In this document: positions 8,789-16,868 of the stretch, piece after piece
Layout of the letters: each line of letters opens with the position of its first letter
How positions within the stretch are numbered: the stretch's first letter is position 1
Source of the DNA: an uncultured virus (IMG/VR IMGVR_UViG_3300044621_002455)
Taxonomy: Duplodnaviria > Heunggongvirae > Uroviricota > Caudoviricetes
DNA length: 20,000 nucleotides
IMG/VR virus record: IMGVR_UViG_3300044621_002455
Strand: one strand, 5' to 3'
Made by a program: the position numbers and the translations under genes
The notes under the pieces: generated by a model
The model's database searches: none
Seen by the model: the letters and a program-made list of their open reading frames with translations, nothing else
What the model was told of the DNA's origin: nothing

Positions 8789-9308
8789 TGGAGGAGAAAT
8801 AAAGCATCGCCTCGTCCCAATGAACAGGCGCAAAGTTGTGTTGTTCTACACAACAATTAAAATAGCGCCTATCTAAGCTTCCATCAGGCATTCTTACATT
8901 ATGAGAATGTAAATGCCCGTGAATATTTCCTTTAAATCGCTGTTCAAACAGTTCTGGATGGAGGGGAATATGGCTCATCATGAATTCATGGTGGTAAAAA
9001 CATCCACGAATGTCGTCGAAATATTGCGCGTAGTCTTGCAGCTTGAAAATATCGTGATTGCCGCGCACTAGCACTTTCCTTCCATTGAGCTGTTCCAGAA
9101 TCTTTAAGCCGCGACGGGCAATAGCCACGTCCCCCAGCACGTAAATCCTATCTTTTGCCCCCACTTTCTTGTTCCATTGTTCCACCATGAACGCATCACC
9201 TTCTGCTGCGTCCTTAAAGGGACGCAGCTTCTTGCCATCAGGCCTTAAAAACGTATAGGCCTTATCGTGACAGAAGTGATTGTCTGACGTGAGCCAGCAA
9301 TTGACCAT
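8751..9308 (-). CDS. Calcineurin-like metallophosphoesterase
   Basis: SDNHF, LGDV, GNHD, SHIP and HGHLH motifs. Confidence 0.9.
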   Translation of the reverse strand: MVNCWLTSDNHFCHDKAYTFLRPDGKKLRPFKDAAEGDAFMVEQWNKKVGAKDRIYVLGDVAIARRGLKILEQLNGRKVLVRGNHDIFKLQDYAQYFDDIRGCFYHHEFMMSHIPLHPELFEQRFKGNIHGHLHSHNVRMPDGSLDRRYFNCCVEQHNFAPVHWDEAMLYFSSNDRAPDLQYSPA

Positions 9309-9323
9309 GGTTCAATGGAGAAA

Positions 9324-9392
9324 CGGCGCTGCTGGGAATCGAACCACAGGATTCTAGGCTATGTGCCTAACGTGTGCCAACACTTCAGGACC
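9324..9392 (-). pseudogene. Degenerate tRNA-like element (CAT at the anticodon position)
   Basis: Minus strand folds as a cloverleaf: acceptor GGTCCTG/CAGCGCC (one mismatch), D arm GTGT-TGGC-ACAC, anticodon arm TTAGG-CACATAG-CCTAG, T loop GGTTCGATTCC. Lacks U8, U33 and an encoded CCA. Confidence 0.55.
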
Positions 9393-9495
9393 AGATGGCC
9401 CAAGCGTGAAGCGATTAACAAGAGCTAATCGCTTCAGAGGCTTAGGCTCTGTCTGCCCGATGCTAGCGCAGAGCGGGAACTCGCTCAATATAGCG

Positions 9496-10230
9496 TCAAG
9501 CCCTGCCGTAGGAAGGCAAATTAGTGTTGGCCGCCTCAAAGAACGCAGGCATCCGGCTCCGTTGCGTTTCTGCCAGGCCATCTGCTTTGCCCTTCTCAAA
9601 CAAGCTGTCACTCTGCTTGAGCCAGAAATCTTTGTTCAACCATTTGTTCTCGCTGGCACCCAGCGCATCAAATGCCCACAATGCAGTGGCGCGACGCAGC
9701 TTATTCAAGCTCTGACCAGCATCCTCCCCTAGTTCCTTAGCCACAAGACTATGCACGCCAACGTGGGTAATCTCGTCACGGCTAATATCAGCAGCCACAG
9801 TGCGAATGCCCATATCGCCATTAAAGCGGAAGAACGGCAGCACAACAAAGAAGATGCTGCGCTCCAAAATGGCAGCTTTCAAAATGGGGTGGGCAGGATG
9901 CTCCTGCCATGCATTCAGAATGCCTTCCACTTCCTTCTCGGCCTTTTCATCGGCACCATGGGCAGCAACAATGTAGTTGAGGGCCTGATCATGACGCTGT
10001 TCATCTTCCTGGTTATGACGAAGGGCTTCCACAACGCCAGGCGTGGAAGGCAGATCACGCTCTAGCCCCTGCTCCAGAAAGTCCTTCACAGGCAGTTCCA
10101 AATGACGCAGTGCCAGCAGCTTACCAAGAGTGGCCTCGCTGCCTTCCTGCACAACGCCCTTGTCCACGGCAACGGCCTGCCAAGGCCGTTTTTTAGCAAT
10201 CATCGACAAATAAGGACTCTTCGTCGTCAT
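9496..10230 (-). CDS. nrdB: Ribonucleotide reductase class I beta subunit (short ferritin-like, cyanophage type)
   Basis: LELPV, DEQRH, LERSIFF and DEITH di-metal ligands; immediately downstream of the alpha subunit. Confidence 0.8.
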   Translation of the reverse strand: MTTKSPYLSMIAKKRPWQAVAVDKGVVQEGSEATLGKLLALRHLELPVKDFLEQGLERDLPSTPGVVEALRHNQEDEQRHDQALNYIVAAHGADEKAEKEVEGILNAWQEHPAHPILKAAILERSIFFVVLPFFRFNGDMGIRTVAADISRDEITHVGVHSLVAKELGEDAGQSLNKLRRATALWAFDALGASENKWLNKDFWLKQSDSLFEKGKADGLAETQRSRMPAFFEAANTNLPSYGRA

Positions 10231-10263
10231 GGTCTTACTATCATTCAGTGGGTGTTGAGGAGA

Positions 10264-10290
10264 AAGGGGCCTTTGGGCCCCTTCTTTTTT
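10264..10290. terminator. Hairpin / intrinsic terminator between the RNR genes
   Basis: aaggggcc-tttg-ggcccctt followed by ctttttt. Confidence 0.55.
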
Positions 10291-10291
10291 G

Positions 10292-11737
10292 TCATTCAGC
10301 GCAGGCAGCGCAGTATCCAGCCTCTACGGAACAAGACGCAGAATCCTGCTCGGTCTCTTCATTGAGACCAAACATGCTCTTAAAGTCGTCGTCCAACGCA
10401 GCATATGCATCATCCTTGCGCTGAGTGTCAGGCAGGACTTGCAAGCTGTAATAGAGGCTCGTCTGAGGAGAGTCTAGCCAATCCTTCAGGAACACTTCGT
10501 CATAATTCACAATGTCTGACCATGAATTAAACGAATAACCATGGAAGAGGCCAGTGCGTTGGTACAACTGAACTAGTCCATTGGCAGTCTTGAAGAAAGC
10601 TTCCCAGCCCACTTCCGCAGCCGTTTCCACTTCGCCATAGTCAAAGCTCTCCACGCCAAACGTGCCGCTATCGCGATCTACAGTCCGAGCAATGGGAGGA
10701 GCAATTTCAGGCGTGGTGGTGAAGCCCCGCGTGTCTAAGTAGCGATAGGAGCACGATGCAGTGGGAGCAATGCAAAAAGCACGTTCCATTCCATGCTCAC
10801 GAGCAACTTCCGCAGCCCTCTGAATGCCTTGGTCAATTTGCCAGACGGCTTCTCCAGAAATGGTGTTCTTCCAGAAATCATTCCAGCCACGAGCATCTTC
10901 TGCAAGGAATGCTTCCAATGCATTGCCAAAATCTTCATAGCTAATGCCATGGATGGCAAGGAAATTAGCTAGGCCCAACACGCCCAAGCCAATTTGCTTG
11001 TCAATGACAGGAGGCAGATATTCGCCAGTGTCGCCAACGCCAGTACCAGGATGCAGCTCACAAAGCTGCATCATGCCCTCGACAAATGCTCCTTGAATGT
11101 TATCCAGCGTGCATGCGCCCAAATTAACGTGCTGAAGAAGACAAGTGCCACGATGCGGAAGATATACCTCTAAACAGACATTGGCCCTGATGCGTTCTCC
11201 ACGATTGTTATATCGGATTTTGTTGAGCCAGAGATCGCCAGAAGAGATGGCACGAAGACAGGCATTAATCAGTTCAGGAGACGATGCAGAAAGAAAATTG
11301 TCATCAACGTTTAAACAACGCTTCACCCAAGGAAGCTCACTACGTGATGCACTAACAAATTCAATGGCATCAGGGCTTGTATAGTCAAGATGCAGCACTA
11401 CGGCACCATTCTTGTATAAACCACCCCTACGCAAGATTTCATTAAGCGTGGAATAAATCTTCCCAAAACTTACTGGCCCGCTTGCCACGAGGCCTTTGCC
11501 ATTTTCAGCGCCCCTTTCGCGCAGAGAAGATAAATGAACAGCGACCCCCGCACCATTGCGCAAACCATGGCTAACAAACCGCCAAGACGCTTCAATGCCA
11601 TCTTCGCCCTCCATTGAATCTTCTACGTTGAACACCGTGCAACTCACAGGCAGGCGTCCATCAGGACTACCCAGCCAATCTTGAACGCGCCCCGTGCGGG
11701 CAATTGGCTCACATTTTGCCTTTTCCTTCAGCTTCAT
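10292..11737 (-). CDS. nrdA: Ribonucleotide reductase class I alpha subunit (minimal, no ATP cone)
   Basis: PVSCTV, NVCLE catalytic N-x-C-x-E, CLLQHVNL, IAPTASCS, SLYY tyrosine dyad and C-terminal CAAC. Start taken at ATG 11737. Confidence 0.9.
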   Translation of the reverse strand: MKLKEKAKCEPIARTGRVQDWLGSPDGRLPVSCTVFNVEDSMEGEDGIEASWRFVSHGLRNGAGVAVHLSSLRERGAENGKGLVASGPVSFGKIYSTLNEILRRGGLYKNGAVVLHLDYTSPDAIEFVSASRSELPWVKRCLNVDDNFLSASSPELINACLRAISSGDLWLNKIRYNNRGERIRANVCLEVYLPHRGTCLLQHVNLGACTLDNIQGAFVEGMMQLCELHPGTGVGDTGEYLPPVIDKQIGLGVLGLANFLAIHGISYEDFGNALEAFLAEDARGWNDFWKNTISGEAVWQIDQGIQRAAEVAREHGMERAFCIAPTASCSYRYLDTRGFTTTPEIAPPIARTVDRDSGTFGVESFDYGEVETAAEVGWEAFFKTANGLVQLYQRTGLFHGYSFNSWSDIVNYDEVFLKDWLDSPQTSLYYSLQVLPDTQRKDDAYAALDDDFKSMFGLNEETEQDSASCSVEAGYCAACAE

Positions 11738-11822
11738 AAGACGACAAAAGGGGACCATGGTCCCCCGAGAATCAACAGAAGCAGGCTAGCGCAGGGAAGC
11801 GATGGTGAAGAGGAAATTAAGC

Positions 11823-12014
11823 TTAATCACAGAGTCCCTCCTCGTCGCTCACGGCTAAGAGGTCGCGCACGTAAAGCTTCGCTTCATTAGTCGTGCGGAA
11901 ATAATGCGGTTGTCCGTCAATAGCAGCAAACCATTGAAATTCTGGCTTACTAAAACATGGCCACAATTTATACGGGCCAATATTAAATGGCTGGCGATCA
12001 GGAAGGCCCCACAT
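11823..12014 (-). CDS. Hypothetical protein
   Basis: 63 aa ATG ORF with protein-like composition, co-oriented with the RNR genes. Confidence 0.55.
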   Translation of the reverse strand: MWGLPDRQPFNIGPYKLWPCFSKPEFQWFAAIDGQPHYFRTTNEAKLYVRDLLAVSDEEGLCD

Positions 12015-12717
12015 AGAAGCTTTGCGAAGATCATCTCACGCTAGTCGTTATCAATAATTGCACAAGTGCCATTTAATACAAAATGCAGCTTTCCCATTGA
12101 ATCCTTAAGAAACTTGGAAGAATTTAGTCATAATGTTCACCACGATACCAAAAACGCCACATTTGAGCCACAGTGCGAGATACGATACCTAAGCGGAGCC
12201 ACTACTAAAGAGCTTAAGCGGCTCCGCGCCTAGCCTGCTAGACGACGCTTCTAAGCGAAAGCTTCAAGCGAGCGGAGTCCCCCGAAGGGACGAAGCGTCT
12301 ACTGAGAAAAAAGGCTAGACAAGCTGCTCATTCATGACGAGTGGAGCCCCAAAGGCGGAACGTTCTTCTCTGAGCAGCGAAAAACAAAAAGGCTGATCCA
12401 GATCCTATGTAATGGATTGGGCATACTATGTCTCGCCAATTGGAACGAGCTAAAAGCTTTTCCATCTCAAGAAGGTCTAGCAACGGCGGCCGTCAGGGCC
12501 GCCTTTTCAAGAAAACAGACGATGGAGAGGAGGGTGATGCAAATTGTTTAGAGCTGGCATATTGTCTTGTTTCGCTTTTGTTTATCATTCCGCCCCCTTT
12601 GGGGCTTCATTCGTCTTGCTTATTGTCTTGAAATGCCTCAAGCGGCGCCTGCGGCTTGCTTTCGGCATAGTGCTACTGGGCTTTTGCTGGTTAGCATTTA
12701 GCAGTTACGAAAAGGTT

Positions 12718-13212
12718 ATGGAAGCTAGCTCAAAGCGTTGTTCGGTTTGCAAGGAGATCAAAAACCTCTCGTTGTTTGGTGTTCGCAAAAAAGCTAAAGA
12801 TGGTCGCAATTATCGCTGTAAAGTTTGCCAGTCAAAATCGAGCAGAGACAGTCGGTCCAAAAATCCAGTGGCAACACAAATTGGGACTATGGTCAAAAAA
12901 GCTAAAGAGCGCTCTATCTTGAAAAAATTGCCCTTTGACATTGATTCCGAATACCTCCTTGATCGGGCTCCTTCCCATTGCCCAATTTTCAATATTCCAC
13001 TGGAATGGTCGTGCTTTCGTTCAGGGAAAAAAGGCCCGCTCCCCAATAGCCCATCCCTAGACCGCATCGTCCCGGATCTTGGCTACGTCAAAGGAAACGT
13101 ATGGATTATTAGCCATAGGGCAAATACAATCAAAAGCAATGCCACTCACGAAGAACTAAAACTAGTGGCAAACGCCGTAGGCAAAGCAATAGTCGATAGC
13201 CTAGAATTTTAG
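12718..13212 (+). CDS. HNH endonuclease with N-terminal zinc finger
   Basis: KRCSVCKEIK...CKVC, CPIF, and SPSLDRIVPDLGYVKGNVWIISHRANTIKSN (DR-type HNH). Start at ATG 12718. Confidence 0.85.
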   Translation: MEASSKRCSVCKEIKNLSLFGVRKKAKDGRNYRCKVCQSKSSRDSRSKNPVATQIGTMVKKAKERSILKKLPFDIDSEYLLDRAPSHCPIFNIPLEWSCFRSGKKGPLPNSPSLDRIVPDLGYVKGNVWIISHRANTIKSNATHEELKLVANAVGKAIVDSLEF

Positions 13213-13468
13213 ACTAGGCATAAATACTTAGGCGAAAAAAAAGGGGATGAAAAATGGCGCCACTTTTCGGGGAGGTATGCCCACATGCGCCTTGCCGCAT
13301 AAGCCGGTTACTGCTCTATGCGCCTACACGCATAAGCGCATAACAGTACGGTTGTACCATCAGAAAAACTAATGTTACGAAATGTTACGATTGCGGGAAT
13401 CTGGCGAAATTTCGACTAGATTTGGGCATGAGACGGGCGACCGTCTCGCCGCCCCTCGACAACCTGCC

Positions 13469-13621
13469 ATGACCTCCCCCTCGATCGCCTCCCTGTTCGC
13501 CGCTCGCCTTCGCGAGCTCGAGGAGCAGGATCGCCAGAGCCAGGCGAAAACAGCCAAAACACTAGCTAGCGTCAAGGCTACGATCGCCGAGCTCGAGAGC
13601 CTAGAGATCCCTCTAGACTGA
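13469..13621 (+). CDS. Small coiled-coil protein (50 aa)
   Basis: MTSPSIASLFAARLRELEEQDRQSQAKTAKTLASVKATIAELESLEIPLD; preceded by a GTTACGAAAT motif and followed by a terminator. Confidence 0.6.
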   Translation: MTSPSIASLFAARLRELEEQDRQSQAKTAKTLASVKATIAELESLEIPLD

Positions 13622-13626
13622 TAGCT

Positions 13627-13653
13627 AAAAGCCGACCTTAGAGGTCGGCTTTT
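13627..13653. terminator. Bidirectional intrinsic terminator
   Basis: aaaagccgacct-tag-aggtcggctttt, between convergent units. Confidence 0.8.
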
Positions 13654-13820
13654 CTATTCTTGCCATTATGACGCTATGCGCATAGGAGATATTCTCTCGA
13701 TCAGCAGAGAAGCGAGACAGGAGCGAGAGGGGAGAGCATGAGAAGGCCTCTCAACCTAAGGAGGCTGAGAGGCTAGGGAGAGAGGCCAGGAGAGGCCTCT
13801 GAGAAGGAGAAGGAGGGAGG

Positions 13821-14066
13821 TTATGGGAGGGGGAGGCGAAGCTCCTTGAGGCGCTCCTGATTTGAGCGAGAGCGAAGGAGGAGAAGCCAGAGGCCGGGGA
13901 GGCGAAGGGAGAGGAGGGAGAGCCAGCCAGAGCGGCGAGACCAGGAGGAGAAGCGAGAGAAGAGGGGGAGGCGAGGGGGAGGAGAGAGGAGGAGGAGAAA
14001 GGAGCGGCGAGAGAGGGGGAGACAGCGAGGGAGAGGAGAGGAGGGGAGACAGCGAGGGGAGAGCAT
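13821..14066 (-). CDS. Hypothetical S/L/P/R-rich protein
   Basis: ATG ORF with the same MLSP start as neighbouring island ORFs; low complexity. Confidence 0.4.
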   Translation of the reverse strand: MLSPRCLPSSPLPRCLPLSRRSFLLLLSPPPRLPLFSRFSSWSRRSGWLSLLSLRLPGLWLLLLRSRSNQERLKELRLPLP

Positions 14067-14080
14067 GAGAGGGAGCGCTC

Positions 14081-14302
14081 CTAGTGACGATCAGAGAGGA
14101 GCCAGACAGAGGAGGGAGGGAGGGGAGGCTCTCCCCTGAGGGAGCGCTCTCGAGCGAGAGCAGAGGCTCGAGCCTCAGAGGCGAGGCGCTCGCAGTAGGA
14201 GCGCAAGACGGAGGAGAGGAGAGGAGAGAGCTCGCCAGAGGAGACAGAGCCGAGGAGAGCGCCAGAGGAGGAGCGAACAGAGCGAAGGGGAGCCGAGGTC
14301 AT
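14081..14302 (-). CDS. Hypothetical protein (73 aa)
   Basis: Preceded by the island's palindrome plus CTTCTCTTCTC-ATG leader. Confidence 0.6.
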   Translation of the reverse strand: MTSAPLRSVRSSSGALLGSVSSGELSPLLSSVLRSYCERLASEARASALARERSLRGEPPLPPSSVWLLSDRH

Positions 14303-14323
14303 GAGAAGAGAAGAGAAAGGAGC

Positions 14324-14343
14324 GGGAGGCCTTGAGGCCTCCC
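14324..14343. repeat. Intergenic palindrome, copy 1 (GGGAGGCCTTGAGGCCTCCC)
   Basis: One-mismatch copy of the palindrome at 15826 and 16835. Confidence 0.85.
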
Positions 14344-14367
14344 TAGGAGGAGAAAGGCGAGAGCTTC

Positions 14368-15486
14368 TCAGGAGCGAGAGAAGGCGAAGGAGCCACCATC
14401 GGGGAGAGCTTGCCAGGAGCCAGAGCCGAGAGGGAGAGCGAAGCGAGAGGCGCTCTCAGGCTTCGCTCCTCGCGAGCGCTTGAGGCGAAGGAGCACAGCG
14501 AGGCCAGAGAAGCCAGGAGCGGGAGAGGGATCGAGCATCCTTAAATCATTCGCGTCGCCATTGATGCACTGCAGGAGCGCCTCTCGGCCGTGCTGATCGC
14601 GAAGGAGGAGCGAGACAGGGAGAGGCTCCCCCTTAGGGAGGAGGATTGGCACGGCAACAGAGAAGCCGGCCTCTGCTGCGTCAATTGCTCGAGAGGAGCA
14701 GCGCTCCTGATCAGCAGCGAAGGAGGCCGTCACGTGCACGCCGGCCTCGCGAGCGGCGAGGAGGCCAGCAGCGCCGAACAGGGGAGATTTCGCATAATCG
14801 TAGAGAGAAAGGAAGGGGACAGAGGCGAGCGCCTCGGGGATAGTGCGGATGCCAGAGGGGATAGGAGCGCCGAACAGCTCAGAGAGGAGAGCGGCCTCCT
14901 CTGTTGAGAGGCGAGCGGCGAGCCAGGCCTCCTGCCATGGGAGCTCCTGGGTTCCGTTGAGCCTCAGAGCGAAGGGGAGGCCGAGGCGGCGAGCCTTGCG
15001 ATAGGAGAGGCCTGCAGCCCATAGGAGGCAGCGAGCGAAGGCCTCACGATCGGCGAGAAAGGCGAGGGAGCGGCGAGAGCGGCAGAGCTGGACAGCAGTT
15101 GAGAGCCCCCCATGGCCAGAGAAGGCGAGGCAGAGATCCTCACAAGATGCCGTCTTAAAAGGGCAGGCATCGAACAGGAGAGCGCGAGCCGTGAGGCCTT
15201 CGCGATCGGCAAGCTCTCTCAAGCCAGGGAGCTCCCCTCTCACGGCAACAGAGCCAGGCAGAGAAGGAGACAGAGCGCGAGCCAGGGAGCGCGAGGGAGG
15301 GAGATGCAACAGAGCAGAGAAGGCGAGGCCGCTCCCCTTCGCGAGCTTCGCGTTTGAGCTCCCATAGGTGAGGAGAGAATCAAAGGAGAGGCCGAACCGA
15401 GCAAGGAAGGGGGAGAGATCCTCAGGAGGCCGAGGAGCGCGGCCGAGCTTAAGGGGAGCGGGAGGAGCCAGGAGAGCGGCAGGCAT
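14368..15486 (-). CDS. GP88-like phage protein (Cys-cluster, radical-SAM-like)
   Basis: SNAKLAK, CP.....C...CL..SGHG, LRLNGTQE, LYDYAK, GFSVAV, INGDANDLRMLDP and LRLK match the Gene product 88 family pattern. Confidence 0.7.
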   Translation of the reverse strand: MPAALLAPPAPLKLGRAPRPPEDLSPFLARFGLSFDSLLTYGSSNAKLAKGSGLAFSALLHLPPSRSLARALSPSLPGSVAVRGELPGLRELADREGLTARALLFDACPFKTASCEDLCLAFSGHGGLSTAVQLCRSRRSLAFLADREAFARCLLWAAGLSYRKARRLGLPFALRLNGTQELPWQEAWLAARLSTEEAALLSELFGAPIPSGIRTIPEALASVPFLSLYDYAKSPLFGAAGLLAAREAGVHVTASFAADQERCSSRAIDAAEAGFSVAVPILLPKGEPLPVSLLLRDQHGREALLQCINGDANDLRMLDPSPAPGFSGLAVLLRLKRSRGAKPESASRFALPLGSGSWQALPDGGSFAFSRS

Positions 15487-15549
15487 GATCAACAGAGAAG
15501 AGAGGGGACAGAGAGAAGGCCTCCCCCTTGAGAAGGAGAGGCCAGAGCC

Positions 15550-15795
15550 TCAGGAGAGGCGAGAGCGGCGATTGTCTCTCTGAGCGAGGCCGTCACCGAG
15601 AGCAGCGCCAGAGAGGAGGAGAGAAGTGACGGCAGAAGTGGAGAAGAGAATAAAGGGGAGAGCCAGGGGAGCGGCCTCCTTAGCAGAGGGAGCCTCAGAG
15701 GCCCATTTCGCGTAGGAGAAGGAGCAGAGGCCGAATAGGACAGAGCCGAGGCCGAGGAGGCCAGAGAAGGCGAAGGAGGAGAGAGGGGAGCGCAT
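15550..15795 (-). CDS. Small two-helix membrane protein (81 aa)
   Basis: ATG 15795 after the palindrome and CT leader; two hydrophobic segments. Confidence 0.6.
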   Translation of the reverse strand: MRSPLSSFAFSGLLGLGSVLFGLCSFSYAKWASEAPSAKEAAPLALPFILFSTSAVTSLLLSGAALGDGLAQRDNRRSRLS

Positions 15796-15825
15796 GAGAA
15801 GAGAAGCGAAGGAAGGGGAGGAGAA

Positions 15826-15847
15826 AGGGAGGCCTCGAGGCCTCCCT
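15826..15847. repeat. Intergenic 22-bp perfect palindrome, copy 2
   Basis: AGGGAGGCCTCGAGGCCTCCCT followed by AGG. Confidence 0.9.
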
Positions 15848-15856
15848 AGGAGGAGC

Positions 15857-16012
15857 TCAGAACCGAGCAACAGAGAGGGGGAAGGAGACGGAGCCTTGAG
15901 CGTGTCCACGCTCCTTATGGGCAGCAGAGAAGGAGGGGAAGGAAGGGAAGCCAGGGAGAGGCTCTCCCGAGCGTGCATCGATAATACGGAAGGAGACAGA
16001 GCGGCGAGCCAT
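15857..16012 (-). CDS. Hypothetical protein (51 aa)
   Basis: MARRSVSFRIIDARSGEPLPGFPSFPSFSAAH...; follows a TATTGT promoter and the CT leader. Confidence 0.6.
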   Translation of the reverse strand: MARRSVSFRIIDARSGEPLPGFPSFPSFSAAHKERGHAQGSVSFPLSVARF

Positions 16013-16104
16013 GAGAAGAGAAGCGAGAGAGCGAGGCGATCGCTCGCCTCTGAAGAGACAATAGAAAGGAAGGAGAGGGAGGCCAGAGCCTCCCCTCCCT
16101 TTTG

Positions 16105-16281
16105 TCACAATCCGTCACAATCGGGAAGGAGCTCCTCAAGGTCAGAGAGAAAGGCCTCGAGCGTGGCGGAGGGGAGCCACCTAGCGAGCTCCTCGAGCAC
16201 AAGAGGGAGGCCAGAGGAGGCGAGGCCGAGCTCCTCGGCTCGATCGAGGAGGAGAGCACGTTGATAGGAGGGGAGAGCCAC
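16105..16281 (-). CDS. Hypothetical acidic helical protein (58 aa), not in the ORF track
   Basis: GTG start overlapping the upstream TAG: MALPSYQRALLLDRAEELGLASSGLPLVLEELARWLPSATLEAFLSDLEELLPDCDGL. Confidence 0.6.
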   Translation of the reverse strand: MALPSYQRALLLDRAEELGLASSGLPLVLEELARWLPSATLEAFLSDLEELLPDCDGL

Positions 16282-16586
16282 TAGGAAGGAGAGCAGAGAT
16301 CAGCAGAGCAGACAGAGGGGGGAAGCCCAACAGAGAGCGGCACGCCATGGCGAAGGCGAAGGAGGGAGCGCCTCTCGAGGAGGAGCCTCTCGATCGCTTC
16401 ACCATCCCCAGAGAGGCGAGGGAGAAGGCGCTCGATCGTGGCGAGGCGCTTCTCCTCTGGCGAGAGCTCAGAGCGAGGAGGGAGCGAGAGCACGGCCTCG
16501 AGCTCAGAGGGGGAGAACTGGCGGCCCTCGCTCTCAACAGAGGCGAGGAGCGAGGCGAGCTCAGAGGGGGAGAGGGGGGAGAGCAT
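16281..16586 (-). CDS. Hypothetical protein (101 aa)
   Basis: ATG ORF tiling with neighbours; internal SPSEL repeats. Confidence 0.6.
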   Translation of the reverse strand: MLSPLSPSELASLLASVESEGRQFSPSELEAVLSLPPRSELSPEEKRLATIERLLPRLSGDGEAIERLLLERRSLLRLRHGVPLSVGLPPSVCSADLCSPS

Positions 16587-16595
16587 GGCAGAGCC

Positions 16596-16796
16596 TCAGG
16601 AGAGGGGAGAGAAGAGAAGGGAGAGAAGCTCCTCGAGAGCCTCCTCGAGCTCCTCACGATCAACAGCAGAGAGAGGAGCGGGAGAGGCGAGGCGCTCCTC
16701 GAGCTCGCGAGCGTAGAGAGCGGCCTCACGGCGAGAGGAGAAGGAGAAGCGAGGCCAGGAGAGATCAGAGGCGAGGAGCTCGTGAGAGGAGGCCAT
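16596..16796 (-). CDS. Hypothetical acidic protein (66 aa)
   Basis: ATG after the palindrome and CT leader; E-rich amphipathic helices. Confidence 0.6.
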   Translation of the reverse strand: MASSHELLASDLSWPRFSFSSRREAALYARELEERLASPAPLSAVDREELEEALEELLSLLFSPLS

Positions 16797-16834
16797 AGGA
16801 AGGAGAGCGAGAGAACAGAGAAAGGAAGGAGAGG

Positions 16835-16856
16835 AGGGAGGCCTCGAGGCCTCCCT
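16835..16856. repeat. Intergenic 22-bp perfect palindrome, copy 3
   Basis: AGGGAGGCCTCGAGGCCTCCCT followed by AGG. Confidence 0.9.
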
Positions 16857-16868
16857 AGGGGGAGAGCC

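Noticed and set aside
475..11890. Antisense and alternate-frame ORFs over the enzyme, portal, TerL and RNR genes
   Set aside because: They overlap well-supported genes and show no recognisable motifs.
12240..12380. Hammerhead ribozyme
   Set aside because: It resembles a three-way junction, but I could not place a CUGANGA and GAAA core correctly.
12544..12717. Hydrophobic N-terminal extension of the HNH ORF
   Set aside because: It depends on a non-ATG start. The zinc finger begins right after ATG 12718, which is the more plausible start.
13701..13739. 12-codon ORF MLSPLAPVSLLC on the minus strand
   Set aside because: It shares the MLSP start and CTTCTC leader with its neighbours but is too short to support.
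15980..15986. TATTAT -10-like box on the minus strand
   Set aside because: It lies inside the 15857-16012 ORF and lacks the flanking hairpin architecture.
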